64,000 bases of DNA from Candidatus Ryanbacteria bacterium RIFCSPHIGHO2_02_FULL_45_17b (GTDB taxonomy: Bacteria > Patescibacteriota > Minisyncoccia > Ryanbacterales > 2-02-FULL-48-12): positions 460-64,459 of the forward strand of contig MHNO01000009.1 in NCBI GenBank assembly GCA_001819815.1, given 5' to 3'. Under the pieces are notes generated by a model. It had not been told where the DNA came from. It saw only the letters and a program-made list of their open reading frames with translations, and did not search any database. The translations under genes were made by a program, and so were the position numbers. Positions 49,012 to 58,125 of the stretch are shown one piece after another (within the stretch, counting starts at the first letter, position 1; each line of letters opens with the position of its first letter).

Positions 49012-50038
49012 GTTCCAAAAGGACATTACGCAATATGTCGAGATCCTCCAAGATAATGCCGGTTCCACGCACAACAGCAGTCAATGGATCATCCGCAATC
49101 CGCACCGGCATCCGCGTTTCACGTTCAATAATATTGGGAAGCCCGCGAATCAATGCGCCGCCGCCCACGAGCACGATGCCGCGATGCATAATATCAGCGA
49201 CCAACTCCGGTGGCGTATCTTCTACGGTAGCTTTTATAGAGCTTATAATAAGCTTTATGGAACGGGAAATAGCTTCCCGCATGTCTGTACTCGAAATAAG
49301 CACTTCGCGCGGCAGACCGGTAATAAGATCCCTTCCGCGCATAGTGGTTTCCATTTCTTCATCGCCGTCCCACACAGAACCGATTGCCATTTTTATATCC
49401 TCCGCGGTACGTTCTCCAATGAGCATCTTAAATTCGTCACGCGTAAATGTAATAATGTCTTCGTTTAATTTATCACCCGCTATTTTTATATTACGCGATG
49501 CCACAATACCGCCCAAGGAAATAACTGCAATATCCGTAGTGCCGCCGCCTATGTCCACAACCATGTTTCCTACCGGCTCTTGTACCGGCATGCGAATACC
49601 TACTGCCGCGGCCATGGGTTCTTCCACAAGATAAACTTCCCGAGCGCCCGCGTTCACCGCCGCATCGCGTACTGCTCGCCGCTCTACCTCGGTAGTGGCA
49701 GAAGGAATACCGATGACCACGCGCGGACGCGCCAAAAAACCGTATCGCACGTTGTGCACTTTGCGGATAAAATATTTCATCATTTCTTCCGTTACCTCGA
49801 AATCAGAAATGACCCCTTCCACTAACGGACGCACCGCTACAATGTGTGCCGGCGTACGCCCCACCATGCGCCGTGCTTCGTTCCCCACCGCGACCACCTG
49901 ATTTGTTTTTTGATTTATGGCAACAACAGACGGTTCGTTTATCACAACACCATCCCCTTGAACATACACCAATGTGTTGGCCGTTCCGAGGTCAATACCA
50001 ATGTCTTTGGAGAAAAATCTAAATAATCTATTGAACAT
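48989..50038 (-). CDS. mreB: rod shape-determining protein MreB
   Basis: IGIDLGTANT, EPSVVA, EEPMAAA, DIGGGTT, GGGAL. Confidence 0.97.
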   Translation of the reverse strand: MFNRLFRFFSKDIGIDLGTANTLVYVQGDGVVINEPSVVAINQKTNQVVAVGNEARRMVGRTPAHIVAVRPLVEGVISDFEVTEEMMKYFIRKVHNVRYGFLARPRVVIGIPSATTEVERRAVRDAAVNAGAREVYLVEEPMAAAVGIRMPVQEPVGNMVVDIGGGTTDIAVISLGGIVASRNIKIAGDKLNEDIITFTRDEFKMLIGERTAEDIKMAIGSVWDGDEEMETTMRGRDLITGLPREVLISSTDMREAISRSIKLIISSIKATVEDTPPELVADIMHRGIVLVGGGALIRGLPNIIERETRMPVRIADDPLTAVVRGTGIILEDLDILRNVLLEHENDVVV

Positions 50039-50107
50039 ATGTGCCAAAAAATTAAGGAGTGAAACGATTATTCCACCATGGGAGGCGGGATACCCTAAAA
50101 AACGAAT

Positions 50108-51361
50108 CTATACAGTTTTGAGTTTCTCAACAATACCTGCCTCTGATACATATTCTATTGCCGAACGTTGTCTATTCTTTACCTCCACCATTCCCTTCTC
50201 CATGGTGCGTTTACTTACAACGATTCTCCATGGAATACCAATCAAATCCGCATCGGCAAATTTCTCACCCGCCGTACGGTCAGCGCGGTCATCATACATC
50301 ACATTCATACCTTTTTGCTCCAATGCTTGAACTATACCCTCTGCCTCTCTTTCTTTACCATCCAATACAATACCATGCACGTCATAGGGCGCAACAGAGG
50401 CGGGCCAGACAAGACCCTTGTCGTCTGAAAAAACTTCTGCGATGACCCCCATCAGCCTTGTTATGCCGATGCCATACGAGCCAAGAAAAGGCATGTTCTT
50501 GTTTCCTTCCGCATCAGTAAAATACAACCCCAACTCCTCGCATTTTTTTGTGCCGAACGTAAAAATATTCCCAACCTCTGCCGCTTTTTTCTGTTCAAAG
50601 TCAGACCTCTCCGCGTTCATTTTCTGCAGAGTTTCATCAGTAAAGATTTCTCCATTGAGCGCATGCGTACCGTCTTTGTGTACATAAATAACATCCTCGC
50701 CCGCCTCGCATACTGTCTGAAATTCGTGGCTGAATTTTTCCGTAAATAATCCACCGGATGCCGACGTAACAAATGTACGATCGCCAAGTCCGACATTTCG
50801 GAATACATTCATATACGCATCAGTCGCTTTAGCATAAAACGCTATGTGTTGTTCTTCAGTCAAAGAATAGGAATACATGTCTTTCATGATGAATTCGCGA
50901 CAGCGCATGATGCCGCTTTTTGCCCGCACCTCGTTCCGCAATTTATTTTGAAACTGGTGCACATACCGCGGCAGGTCCGCATAGCTCGCTATGTGCCCTT
51001 TTATCATGTCTGTGATAGGTTCCTCATGCGACCACCCGAACCCGATTTCATTTCCGTTTTTTAATTGCGACTTAAACCACACATCCACCGCCTCATCGCT
51101 CCACCGGTTTGTTTTTTCCCATATGTCTTTGTTTTGTATTGTTGACATAATAAGTTCCTGGGATCCCAAAGCTTCCATCTCGGCAGAAACAATACGCTTG
51201 ATAGTATTGATTACCCTAAGCCCAAGCGGCAAATACGAATATACCCCGGCCATTTCCTTATGAATAAAGCCTGCTTGAATCAACAGCTGGGCATTTCGGC
51301 TTGATTCATCCGCCGGGGCCTCCCGTCGGGTTTTGGTAAACAATTGCGACATTCTTTGCAT
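50108..51361 (-). CDS. proS: proline--tRNA ligase (short form, no INS editing domain)
   Basis: G.YSYLPLG, K.RNE.R..SG.MR.REF.MKD.YS, SHEF, EVGNIF, YGIGITR, GEKFADADLIGIP. Confidence 0.93.
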   Translation of the reverse strand: MQRMSQLFTKTRREAPADESSRNAQLLIQAGFIHKEMAGVYSYLPLGLRVINTIKRIVSAEMEALGSQELIMSTIQNKDIWEKTNRWSDEAVDVWFKSQLKNGNEIGFGWSHEEPITDMIKGHIASYADLPRYVHQFQNKLRNEVRAKSGIMRCREFIMKDMYSYSLTEEQHIAFYAKATDAYMNVFRNVGLGDRTFVTSASGGLFTEKFSHEFQTVCEAGEDVIYVHKDGTHALNGEIFTDETLQKMNAERSDFEQKKAAEVGNIFTFGTKKCEELGLYFTDAEGNKNMPFLGSYGIGITRLMGVIAEVFSDDKGLVWPASVAPYDVHGIVLDGKEREAEGIVQALEQKGMNVMYDDRADRTAGEKFADADLIGIPWRIVVSKRTMEKGMVEVKNRQRSAIEYVSEAGIVEKLKTV

Positions 51362-51480
51362 ATGCATGCAGTATAGGAAAAAACCCGAAATTAGGCAAAA
51401 AATGAAAAAATGTGCAAAGCCGAGCATTGCACAAGAAAAAGACCTGGAAAAACCAGGCCTCTGAAAGAAGGAGCTACTTG

Positions 51481-51936
51481 TCAGTTTTCATGGAACCACA
51501 GAAGCGCATTTTGCACGGCAACCATGCGGCCCTCCAAAAGATATTCACGCAAATTTTTTGGCTGCCAAGCCGGAAATGTTCTCGAGGGCACGTTCGGCAA
51601 AGGATACCAAGGCGGCTCTTCCTTCATACAACGAAACATGCTTGTTTCCGTGAGGAACTCTCTCATACGAATATCTGCATTTTTTTCGTAACCAACAAAC
51701 CTCAAGAGCGACGAGACAATACTGTAAATCATATACAACTTATCATAGAGAAGCCATTCGGCATGCTCCACGCCAATATCACCATTCGGGATTGTTGTCC
51801 GCCTGAATAACTTATGAATATCCTCTGACTTTACATTTGTTATCTGGGCAAGCTCCGTAGGAGTGAACACAAGTTGCAATACGTATCCACGCAGTCTACA
51901 TCCGCTTAATTTTTGCAATCGTTCCCTTTTAAACAC
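51481..51936 (-). CDS. hypothetical protein
   Basis: GTG start with SD AAGGAGGT; hairpin after the stop. Confidence 0.6.
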   Translation of the reverse strand: MFKRERLQKLSGCRLRGYVLQLVFTPTELAQITNVKSEDIHKLFRRTTIPNGDIGVEHAEWLLYDKLYMIYSIVSSLLRFVGYEKNADIRMREFLTETSMFRCMKEEPPWYPLPNVPSRTFPAWQPKNLREYLLEGRMVAVQNALLWFHEN

Positions 51937-52025
51937 AAACCACCTCCTTGTATCATTTTCCTTAAGAGTTTAGCATATCTTTCATCACATAGCAATTGTG
52001 CAGGCATATACATGCGTATGTATAA

Positions 52026-52067
52026 AATTCCTAAACATATCGACGGTCGTCCATTATTTTAGGAATT
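52026..52067. repeat. 42-nt palindromic inverted repeat, downstream copy
   Basis: AATTCCTAAACATATCGACGGTCGTCCATTATTTTAGGAATT; 40/42 identical to the reverse complement of 52778-52819. Confidence 0.9.
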
Positions 52068-52133
52068 CCACGACAGGTTATTTCACACGAACTTTTTTAT
52101 CCTCTACTGTGCAGTATCTCTATATTTGTATTT

Positions 52134-52757
52134 CTATGTCTGTTTTGGTAAAAAAAACAATCTCCGAAGATATGCATCCCCTCCCATTTTCTCTGTAACA
52201 AAATAAAGCGCCTCGTATCCTAGTTTTAAATCAGTCTTAAGTAAGGCAAGAACTTCTTCACAATCATATGGATATACCCACACACTATTCTGCAGTTTTC
52301 GAAACCCTATATTCCGAAGTTCAACACGAAGATGATTTCTTATCTTACGACGTTTTTCTATTACATCAAACATCACTATACGCCATTTACCATCCCATGG
52401 TTCAGGTGAGTTTTTATAAAACTGAAGTTTTTCAAAGCGCATTCTTCCTTTCTTGGTAAGTCGCACATGGGGTGTTTCTCCTTCCACATGATCTAGAGCA
52501 AGAATACCATCCTTAATAAACCTTTGCAGAGTCTCGCTTATCCGGTAACGCGGATTATTTTTTTTCCAACGTTTTGGTTCTACGTATTTGAGTATCTGAA
52601 CAGCATTGGGTGCCAAAATGGCAATACTCACAATCCCAGCAATACCTATAATACCCAACACCACATCGCTAACGGGCAATTTTTCGTTGTATTCCGGCAA
52701 TTGAGGAAGAAACTCATTACTCCAACCGCTTATCAATTTTTTCTTATGTTCGTACAT
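52134..52757 (-). CDS. PaaX-like protein: hydrophobic helix + winged HTH + Cas2-like domain
   Basis: VRLTKKG wing, WDGKWRIVMFDV.EKRR..R..LR..L..IGF..LQNSVWVYPY; start moved to ATG 52757. Confidence 0.85.
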   Translation of the reverse strand: MYEHKKKLISGWSNEFLPQLPEYNEKLPVSDVVLGIIGIAGIVSIAILAPNAVQILKYVEPKRWKKNNPRYRISETLQRFIKDGILALDHVEGETPHVRLTKKGRMRFEKLQFYKNSPEPWDGKWRIVMFDVIEKRRKIRNHLRVELRNIGFRKLQNSVWVYPYDCEEVLALLKTDLKLGYEALYFVTEKMGGDAYLRRLFFLPKQT

Positions 52758-52777
52758 GATGAATAGAATCAAAATAT

Positions 52778-52819
52778 AATTCCTAAAATAATGAACGACC
52801 GTCGATATATTTAGGAATT
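52778..52819. repeat. 42-nt palindromic inverted repeat, upstream copy
   Basis: AATTCCTAAAATAATGAACGACCGTCGATATATTTAGGAATT. Confidence 0.9.
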
Positions 52820-52865
52820 TTTTATAAATATATCGTACCATGAAAGCTCAACAGGTTGAAACAAG

Positions 52866-52889
52866 AAAAGCGGCTTTGGAAAGCCGCTT
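52866..52889 (-). terminator. intrinsic terminator
   Basis: Minus strand AAGCGGCTT-tcca-AAGCCGCTTTT right after the 52896 stop. Confidence 0.65.
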
Positions 52890-52895
52890 GCGATA

Positions 52896-53213
52896 CTATA
52901 CCACTTGTTCAAGAATAACCCACTCACTAAATGTGCCTCGTTTCTTTGCTTTCTTTTTCCGCGCGTTGTCCACTTCCTTAAAAAAAATCTTATCAACCTT
53001 ACAAAGCAAACGCACAACCTCTAATATATCCGCGAGTTCGCCCAATTTTCCTTCTTTCGTTTTTGCGTCCGCGTATTCCCGCACTTCCTCCCATAATTTT
53101 TCTACTGCATAATTGCGGCGTTCACCCGGAATTGCAATTCGACATGTCGGTGTCTGTCCCTTTTCTTTTATGATACGGGGAATCTCGTTTCGAACCAGCT
53201 TGTTGTATTTCAT
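52896..53213 (-). CDS. MazG-like / phosphoribosyl-ATP pyrophosphohydrolase-like NTP pyrophosphatase
   Basis: YNKLVR..IP, KL.EE..E, ELADILEV, K.KKRG.F. Confidence 0.85.
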   Translation of the reverse strand: MKYNKLVRNEIPRIIKEKGQTPTCRIAIPGERRNYAVEKLWEEVREYADAKTKEGKLGELADILEVVRLLCKVDKIFFKEVDNARKKKAKKRGTFSEWVILEQVV

Positions 53214-53230
53214 AAAGGTTCCTTCCTGTT

Positions 53231-53467
53231 TTACTTTTCATCCTCCACTATATATCGAAACCGCGGGCCTTTGTAGTTATATTCCGGCATGTCTACTTCT
53301 TCCAAAAACATTTCTTTCGGTCGTATCTCAATGCGAAACTCACCGTATAGGGGCACATACAAAACCATCGGCTCTCGTGTTTCGTGATGGCATCCCTCGC
53401 CGATTACCAAGTAGTCCTTTCCTTTATAGTGCCGATAGCGCCCTTTTTTTATTTCTGGCACAATCAT
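53231..53467 (-). CDS. DUF1653 domain protein
   Basis: GRYRHYKG..Y.V…HHET.E.MV.Y..LYG…RP.EMF. Confidence 0.9.
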   Translation of the reverse strand: MIVPEIKKGRYRHYKGKDYLVIGEGCHHETREPMVLYVPLYGEFRIEIRPKEMFLEEVDMPEYNYKGPRFRYIVEDEK

Positions 53468-54186
53468 CTTTTATAAATCTTTTGGATATCTGATACCCGA
53501 CCTGCCTGACCGAGTGTATAATCATCTTGCACTACATACAAACGCCTGTCGTGAGTAGAAAAATATGCGTTTGTTTCATTCTCTTTTGTTGCATCTTCCT
53601 CGGTCTTTGGACCTGTAATAATTGTCGGCTCAATATTTATGGTTGAGAAAACTATATCGCGCATCTTATTCATTGATTCTTCATAGGCATCCCAGTAGTA
53701 TTCTTCGGTTATTGAGCTGTCAAATCGTGGATACTGCCCACCTAAAAAGACAATATCGATTGATCCTTCTATTGATTGTTCCTTTAACGTCGTGAGACAT
53801 TCAGCTAAATTAACGCTAAATTTTTCCTCAATTTCTTCCACAAATGTTGCTCCGGGATTTTGGTGAGACATGAAAGATATGTTTTCTCCTTCCCTGTTTC
53901 TACCTACGGCAACTATACCAAGACAGATAAAGTATCCTTCCGAATATTTATCTTTACTGTCAACAGGAGAAATTGCATATGAGCCATCGTCGCAACCATG
54001 CTTCATATCTCTTTTTTCTAGTTCGCCTTGTGTCGCATGCCAATCTATATTCACCCCCTCCTTTTTTATTTGGTCTATTTTTTCTTTGGACTCGGGAGAT
54101 AGTGTATCGGGATTTTCAAAGCAGGCAAATATGACTTTATCAGCCTGCTCAACATGAGATTCTCCATTAAATTCAGGTGATTCCAT
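53464..54186 (-). CDS. hypothetical protein, possible CheD/CNF1/YfiH-fold hydrolase
   Basis: ICLGIVAVG…SFMSHQ…IVFLGG spacing. Confidence 0.6.
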   Translation of the reverse strand: MESPEFNGESHVEQADKVIFACFENPDTLSPESKEKIDQIKKEGVNIDWHATQGELEKRDMKHGCDDGSYAISPVDSKDKYSEGYFICLGIVAVGRNREGENISFMSHQNPGATFVEEIEEKFSVNLAECLTTLKEQSIEGSIDIVFLGGQYPRFDSSITEEYYWDAYEESMNKMRDIVFSTINIEPTIITGPKTEEDATKENETNAYFSTHDRRLYVVQDDYTLGQAGRVSDIQKIYKR

Positions 54187-54216
54187 GACTAAATTTTAAC
54201 AAGTTATTACTTATTT

Positions 54217-55314
54217 TCAAAAAATCTTCGTCAAATCAAAATACGTAACAACCAGCATCAAAAGAATCAGCACTATAAATCCAGACGTATGGGCAAATTG
54301 ACTTACGCGCACGCCTATCGGTTTTCCGCGTAGTTTTTCAATTATCAAAAACAGCACCCGCCCGCCATCCAGCGCGGGAATGGGCAAAATGTTTAAAATG
54401 GCAAGGTTGATAGAAAGCACTGCTATCAACTGCAAAAGATACGCGAACCCAAGCGCGCTTGCTTGCCCTGCGACTTTGGCAATACCTACCGGCCCCGCGA
54501 CGGAATTTATCACATCCGAGCTAACGATATTCGCGAAAAAGAATGCGAGACCTCCCGCTACAAATTTTGTAGTAGCAATGGTCGTTAACAACCCCTCCCA
54601 AGGCGCCCGATACCAAGCGGTTCGTATGATACCAACTTTTGCCATCGCAATCCCTAAAAGGCCCTCTCCCGCAGGCGCTTCTTTCCGAAGCCTAATTGGC
54701 AAACGCAGTTCTTCATTCACTCGTTCCACCACCATGGTTATATCTCCACCCGCGTGTGTTTTTACAAAATTTTGCACCTGCTCAATTTCCGAAACATGTA
54801 CCGTTACGGGATGCCAAGAACTTTCCGTATCAGAGGAAGGTATCAATTCAAGAATAGAATCTCCTGCTTTTACGCCCGCTTCGGCCGCAGGAGACCCGGG
54901 TATCACATCCACCACGCGCACCATCGCATCACGCGCATCTTCCCCTGCGCCCACTACGCCTGGTATGCCAATGCCATGTCCAATAGTAAAAAGAACATAC
55001 GCAAGCACAAAATTCATTCCTACCCCCGCCACAAGCACCAAAAACCGATCCCACGCGCTACGAGCCGCGAAATTATGCGGATCGTTTGCGCCATCTGCGT
55101 CGTCTTCACCCCAAATTTTTACAAACCCGCCAAACGGCAATAAATTAAAAGAATAGAATGTTTCTCCATGTTGCTTGCCAAATAATCGCGGTGGAAATCC
55201 AAACCCAAACTCGTCCACCCGCATTCCTTTCCACTTGGCAACAATAAAATGACCGAACTCGTGAGAGAGCACAAGCACAGCAATAACCAATAAAAAAAGT
55301 AAGAATGTAAGCAT
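54217..55314 (-). CDS. rseP: RIP metalloprotease RseP (M50) with PDZ domain
   Basis: HEFGH, FGFGFPP, GGFVK, AGV.MN, NILPIPALDGG. Confidence 0.93.
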   Translation of the reverse strand: MLTFLLFLLVIAVLVLSHEFGHFIVAKWKGMRVDEFGFGFPPRLFGKQHGETFYSFNLLPFGGFVKIWGEDDADGANDPHNFAARSAWDRFLVLVAGVGMNFVLAYVLFTIGHGIGIPGVVGAGEDARDAMVRVVDVIPGSPAAEAGVKAGDSILELIPSSDTESSWHPVTVHVSEIEQVQNFVKTHAGGDITMVVERVNEELRLPIRLRKEAPAGEGLLGIAMAKVGIIRTAWYRAPWEGLLTTIATTKFVAGGLAFFFANIVSSDVINSVAGPVGIAKVAGQASALGFAYLLQLIAVLSINLAILNILPIPALDGGRVLFLIIEKLRGKPIGVRVSQFAHTSGFIVLILLMLVVTYFDLTKIF

Positions 55315-55343
55315 AAAACTTCAGGTGATAATATTTACATTAA

Positions 55344-55410
55344 AAATTTCTAATATAACGTCTTGCGATGACCAAAATTGGGTCATCGCAAGACGTTATA
55401 TTAGAAATTT
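55344..55410. repeat. perfect 30-bp inverted repeat with 7-nt loop
   Basis: AAATTTCTAATATAACGTCTTGCGATGACC-aaaattg-GGTCATCGCAAGACGTTATATTAGAAATTT. Confidence 0.9.
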
Positions 55411-55975
55411 ATACTTCCATGATTTCTTTTTCTTTTCTTTCTCGCAGATTCTCCAATTCTATGTTGAATCCGTCCATTTTTTTCTGCAATTCGTCTTTTA
55501 CGCGAAACTTTTCATCTTCTGAAATAATTTTATCTTTTTCAGACTGTTGAATATCTTTCCATGCGTCATCGCGGGTTCTCCGTGTTTTCATGCGCGCCTC
55601 TTCTGTTTTCCCATTCAGAATTTTAAGAAGATCTTTTCGCCGCTCTTCGGTAAGCTGAGGCAATGTCAACCGAATATGATCTCCGTCGGCAATGGGCGCG
55701 AAATTCAAAGACGAGTTCTCAATAGCTTTCCCGATTGCTTCAAGCACGCCTTTGTCCCATGGCTGAATAACCAACGACCGAGCATCAGGCGCGGAAATGG
55801 AAGCAATGTGCTTTAAAGGAGTTTTTGTGCCATAGGAATCCACGAGCAAATCTTCCACCAACGCAGGCGTTGCGCGCCCTGTGCGAAGCGATGCGATTTC
55901 CCCACGAAACCATGCGTTCGCGCTTGCAAGTTCTTGTTCGAATTCTTTGAGAATATCTTTCACTCGTTTTATCAT
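55409..55975 (-). CDS. frr: ribosome recycling factor (start may be GTG 55963)
   Basis: LRTGRATP, VDSYG, IQPWD, P.LTEERRK, ISEDE, KEKEIM. Confidence 0.96.
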   Translation of the reverse strand: MIKRVKDILKEFEQELASANAWFRGEIASLRTGRATPALVEDLLVDSYGTKTPLKHIASISAPDARSLVIQPWDKGVLEAIGKAIENSSLNFAPIADGDHIRLTLPQLTEERRKDLLKILNGKTEEARMKTRRTRDDAWKDIQQSEKDKIISEDEKFRVKDELQKKMDGFNIELENLRERKEKEIMEV

Positions 55976-56028
55976 AGCCTATCTCAACATAAAATCAAGG
56001 TAAAAAGTCCTCATGTGACCGTTCAAAA

Positions 56029-56053
56029 AAGCGACCTTTTGGTAAAGTCGCTT
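56029..56053 (-). terminator. intrinsic terminator-like hairpin
   Basis: Minus strand AAGCGACTTT-acca-AAAGGTCGCTT then a T run. Confidence 0.5.
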
Positions 56054-56117
56054 CATACGCTTGAATGGTACCGTAGAGCGTTCTCATCGGGAAGATCAGG
56101 AGAAGCTCTATGGTTGC

Positions 56118-56774
56118 TTAAAACATACGCAAAGCCTCAGCATATAATTCAAGATAGTCAAGCGCTTTCCAAGCCAAAAAAGACAGATGCCTGTCATCCT
56201 CTGCATCCGTCCATAATGAATCTCCACCAAGAAAAGACAAATAATATCCTTCTTGGCAAGGCAAAAGACGCATAGAAACCTTGTTGCCGAAAGGTTCATC
56301 TGCGTGCATGAAAAATACTTTTTTTGCGCTTGTATCAGCAATGCGCCCTGCCGCCAGCAACTCGACATCGTGAATAAGTAAGATATCTGCGTGAACACCA
56401 GCTATCGCGTATGCGATATCTTTGCTTTGTTCAAAATAGAATTGCCATTCTCCTTCTGAAATACCATCTGCACCTACCGTGGCGCGCGACCCTTGCAACG
56501 CATGATGAATCTTTTTTGTTACGGAAAAAAAGGGATGTCTCACTGTAAGCACACGCCACATACTTTCCACCGGCAAACTTTGTTCAAACGGCACCAAGCT
56601 CTCTAGAATTTCAGCGACTCTGCCACCTGTGTCCGTCGCGCTAATATGTATAATACGTTTACCAAGAAGCTGACGCGCTAATTCTTCCAAGCGCTCCGCT
56701 TCCCTATGAGTTAAAAAACGGCGATAGTCATTAAAAGAATATATGGATCGTATGTTTGCAGGACGCAACATCAC
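56118..56774 (-). CDS. stand-alone N-terminal domain of a TreT-like GT-B glycosyltransferase
   Basis: IIHISAT..GG.VAEIL..LVP, FF.VTKKIHHALQG, IHD; donor-binding domain absent. Confidence 0.65.
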   Translation of the reverse strand: MMLRPANIRSIYSFNDYRRFLTHREAERLEELARQLLGKRIIHISATDTGGRVAEILESLVPFEQSLPVESMWRVLTVRHPFFSVTKKIHHALQGSRATVGADGISEGEWQFYFEQSKDIAYAIAGVHADILLIHDVELLAAGRIADTSAKKVFFMHADEPFGNKVSMRLLPCQEGYYLSFLGGDSLWTDAEDDRHLSFLAWKALDYLELYAEALRMF

Positions 56775-56779
56775 AGTAC

Positions 56780-57583
56780 CTATAGACCATTTGTTGTATC
56801 TCTCTTACTATCAACTCCTCTCGTTCCATCTTCTTCCTTTGTTCCTTCCACAGAAAGTGTACTTGTGGCGTCTGCATCTTCTATGATCACATCTTTCGAC
56901 AGTAAATCATTTTCCGCGTCCGCGAGCTCTTTTTCTATCTCTTGCCTGATTTCTGAAACACTTTCCGCTTTTTTGCGAACAGTATCAAGAATAACACCAA
57001 TTTGTGAACTCATATCTGCGCGCTCTTCAGCAACTTGCACAAGCATTCGTTCATGAACACGGAGAGAGGATTCCAATCGCGAACTCGCATCCGCAGCGAC
57101 GGCTATCTGTTCTTTTTTGAGTGATTCAATCGCTTTATTTGCTTCTTCTGTGTTTTGTTCAAGACGAGTCGTGATTTGATCCCGCAATATATCGTTCAGA
57201 TCTCCTGCCGTTGCCAAGCGTTCCAATTCTTCAAGTCGCCGCATAGTCCGCACAACTGACCATTCCACCTCCGCTTCTTCAGACAAGGCAACCCACGTCC
57301 TCACGCGTTCGTTCACCTCTATTTTCATGGCATACAACGTGTCACCCGGTAACGCATCTTCAGCTGCGTATGAGATGCCCACGCCTACAAGCACCACGCT
57401 TGCAAAACCGGCCGCTGCTACTCGAAACGACTGCCAAAAATGCCCGTAATCAAACGGGGACAGAACTTGTAAAGAACGCATACGGCGAAGAAGCTTCTGC
57501 TGAAGAATGGTTTTTTCTTCCGACGTAAGGGTGGCATACTTCATATGCATTTGTATATCTTTATGCTTCATGTATGAATTCAC
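56780..57583 (-). CDS. DUF5667-like membrane protein, probable anti-sigma factor
   Basis: TM then AAEDALPGDTLYAMK…NE, RRLEE; directly downstream of an ECF sigma. Confidence 0.75.
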   Translation of the reverse strand: MNSYMKHKDIQMHMKYATLTSEEKTILQQKLLRRMRSLQVLSPFDYGHFWQSFRVAAAGFASVVLVGVGISYAAEDALPGDTLYAMKIEVNERVRTWVALSEEAEVEWSVVRTMRRLEELERLATAGDLNDILRDQITTRLEQNTEEANKAIESLKKEQIAVAADASSRLESSLRVHERMLVQVAEERADMSSQIGVILDTVRKKAESVSEIRQEIEKELADAENDLLSKDVIIEDADATSTLSVEGTKEEDGTRGVDSKRDTTNGL

Positions 57584-58088
57584 CTTCCCATAATTGTTTT
57601 GCTTTTTTTACCGCCCGATGAATCCGCACAGAAACCACATTTTCCGTCTCACCGAGAACCGACGCAATTTCACGCGGCATCAAGTCGTCAATGTAGCGCA
57701 TAATAACTACAGCTCGATATGGATCTTCTAATCGGTGAAGCACCTGAAGCACTTCTCGTCCCGATACAATATCAGCAATCCGCGCGGCATCTTGCGCGTG
57801 ATCTTCCGGATCAAATCCTTTTTCTTTTAACGCATCTAATGAATATGATTTGTGTTTCCGAACACGATCAATGACAAGGTTGTTTGCCGTACGATACAAA
57901 AACGCTCGCGTGTTATCGATGGCATTCCCATCACACACATACTCCCATGCGCGGATAAACACCTCCTGCATCACATCTTTAGCGTCTTCACGATCATACA
58001 AGCGAAAATAGCAATGCCGAAAAATGGCATCCGCGTAAGAATCATAAGCGGTTAATATCTGTTGTTCTTTTTCTTCCACACCCACCAT
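57561..58088 (-). CDS. ECF RNA polymerase sigma factor
   Basis: DAKDVMQEVFIRAW, FLYRTANNLVID, EIA.VLG…VSVRIHRA; start moved to 58088. Confidence 0.92.
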   Translation of the reverse strand: MVGVEEKEQQILTAYDSYADAIFRHCYFRLYDREDAKDVMQEVFIRAWEYVCDGNAIDNTRAFLYRTANNLVIDRVRKHKSYSLDALKEKGFDPEDHAQDAARIADIVSGREVLQVLHRLEDPYRAVVIMRYIDDLMPREIASVLGETENVVSVRIHRAVKKAKQLWEGEFIHEA

Positions 58089-58125
58089 AGACGACGTTTT
58101 TATCCCATAATTCTTACCACCATCC

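Noticed and set aside
49035-49634. 199-aa plus-strand ORF (likewise 12976..13566 and 39204..39773)
   Set aside because: Antisense shadows of mreB, mraY and ftsI
51998-52198. ORF sharing the peptide KFLNISTVVHYFRN with the 52134..52841 ORF
   Set aside because: The shared peptide is just the translated inverted repeat; neither segment is likely coding
52026-52819. CRISPR-Cas locus suggested by a Cas2-like gene, repeats and a Cas4-like nuclease elsewhere
   Set aside because: Only two repeats, inverted rather than direct, with no spacers and no cas1 or effector genes; the nuclease is 30 kb away
54380-55156. 258-aa plus-strand ORF
   Set aside because: Antisense shadow of rseP with no motifs of its own
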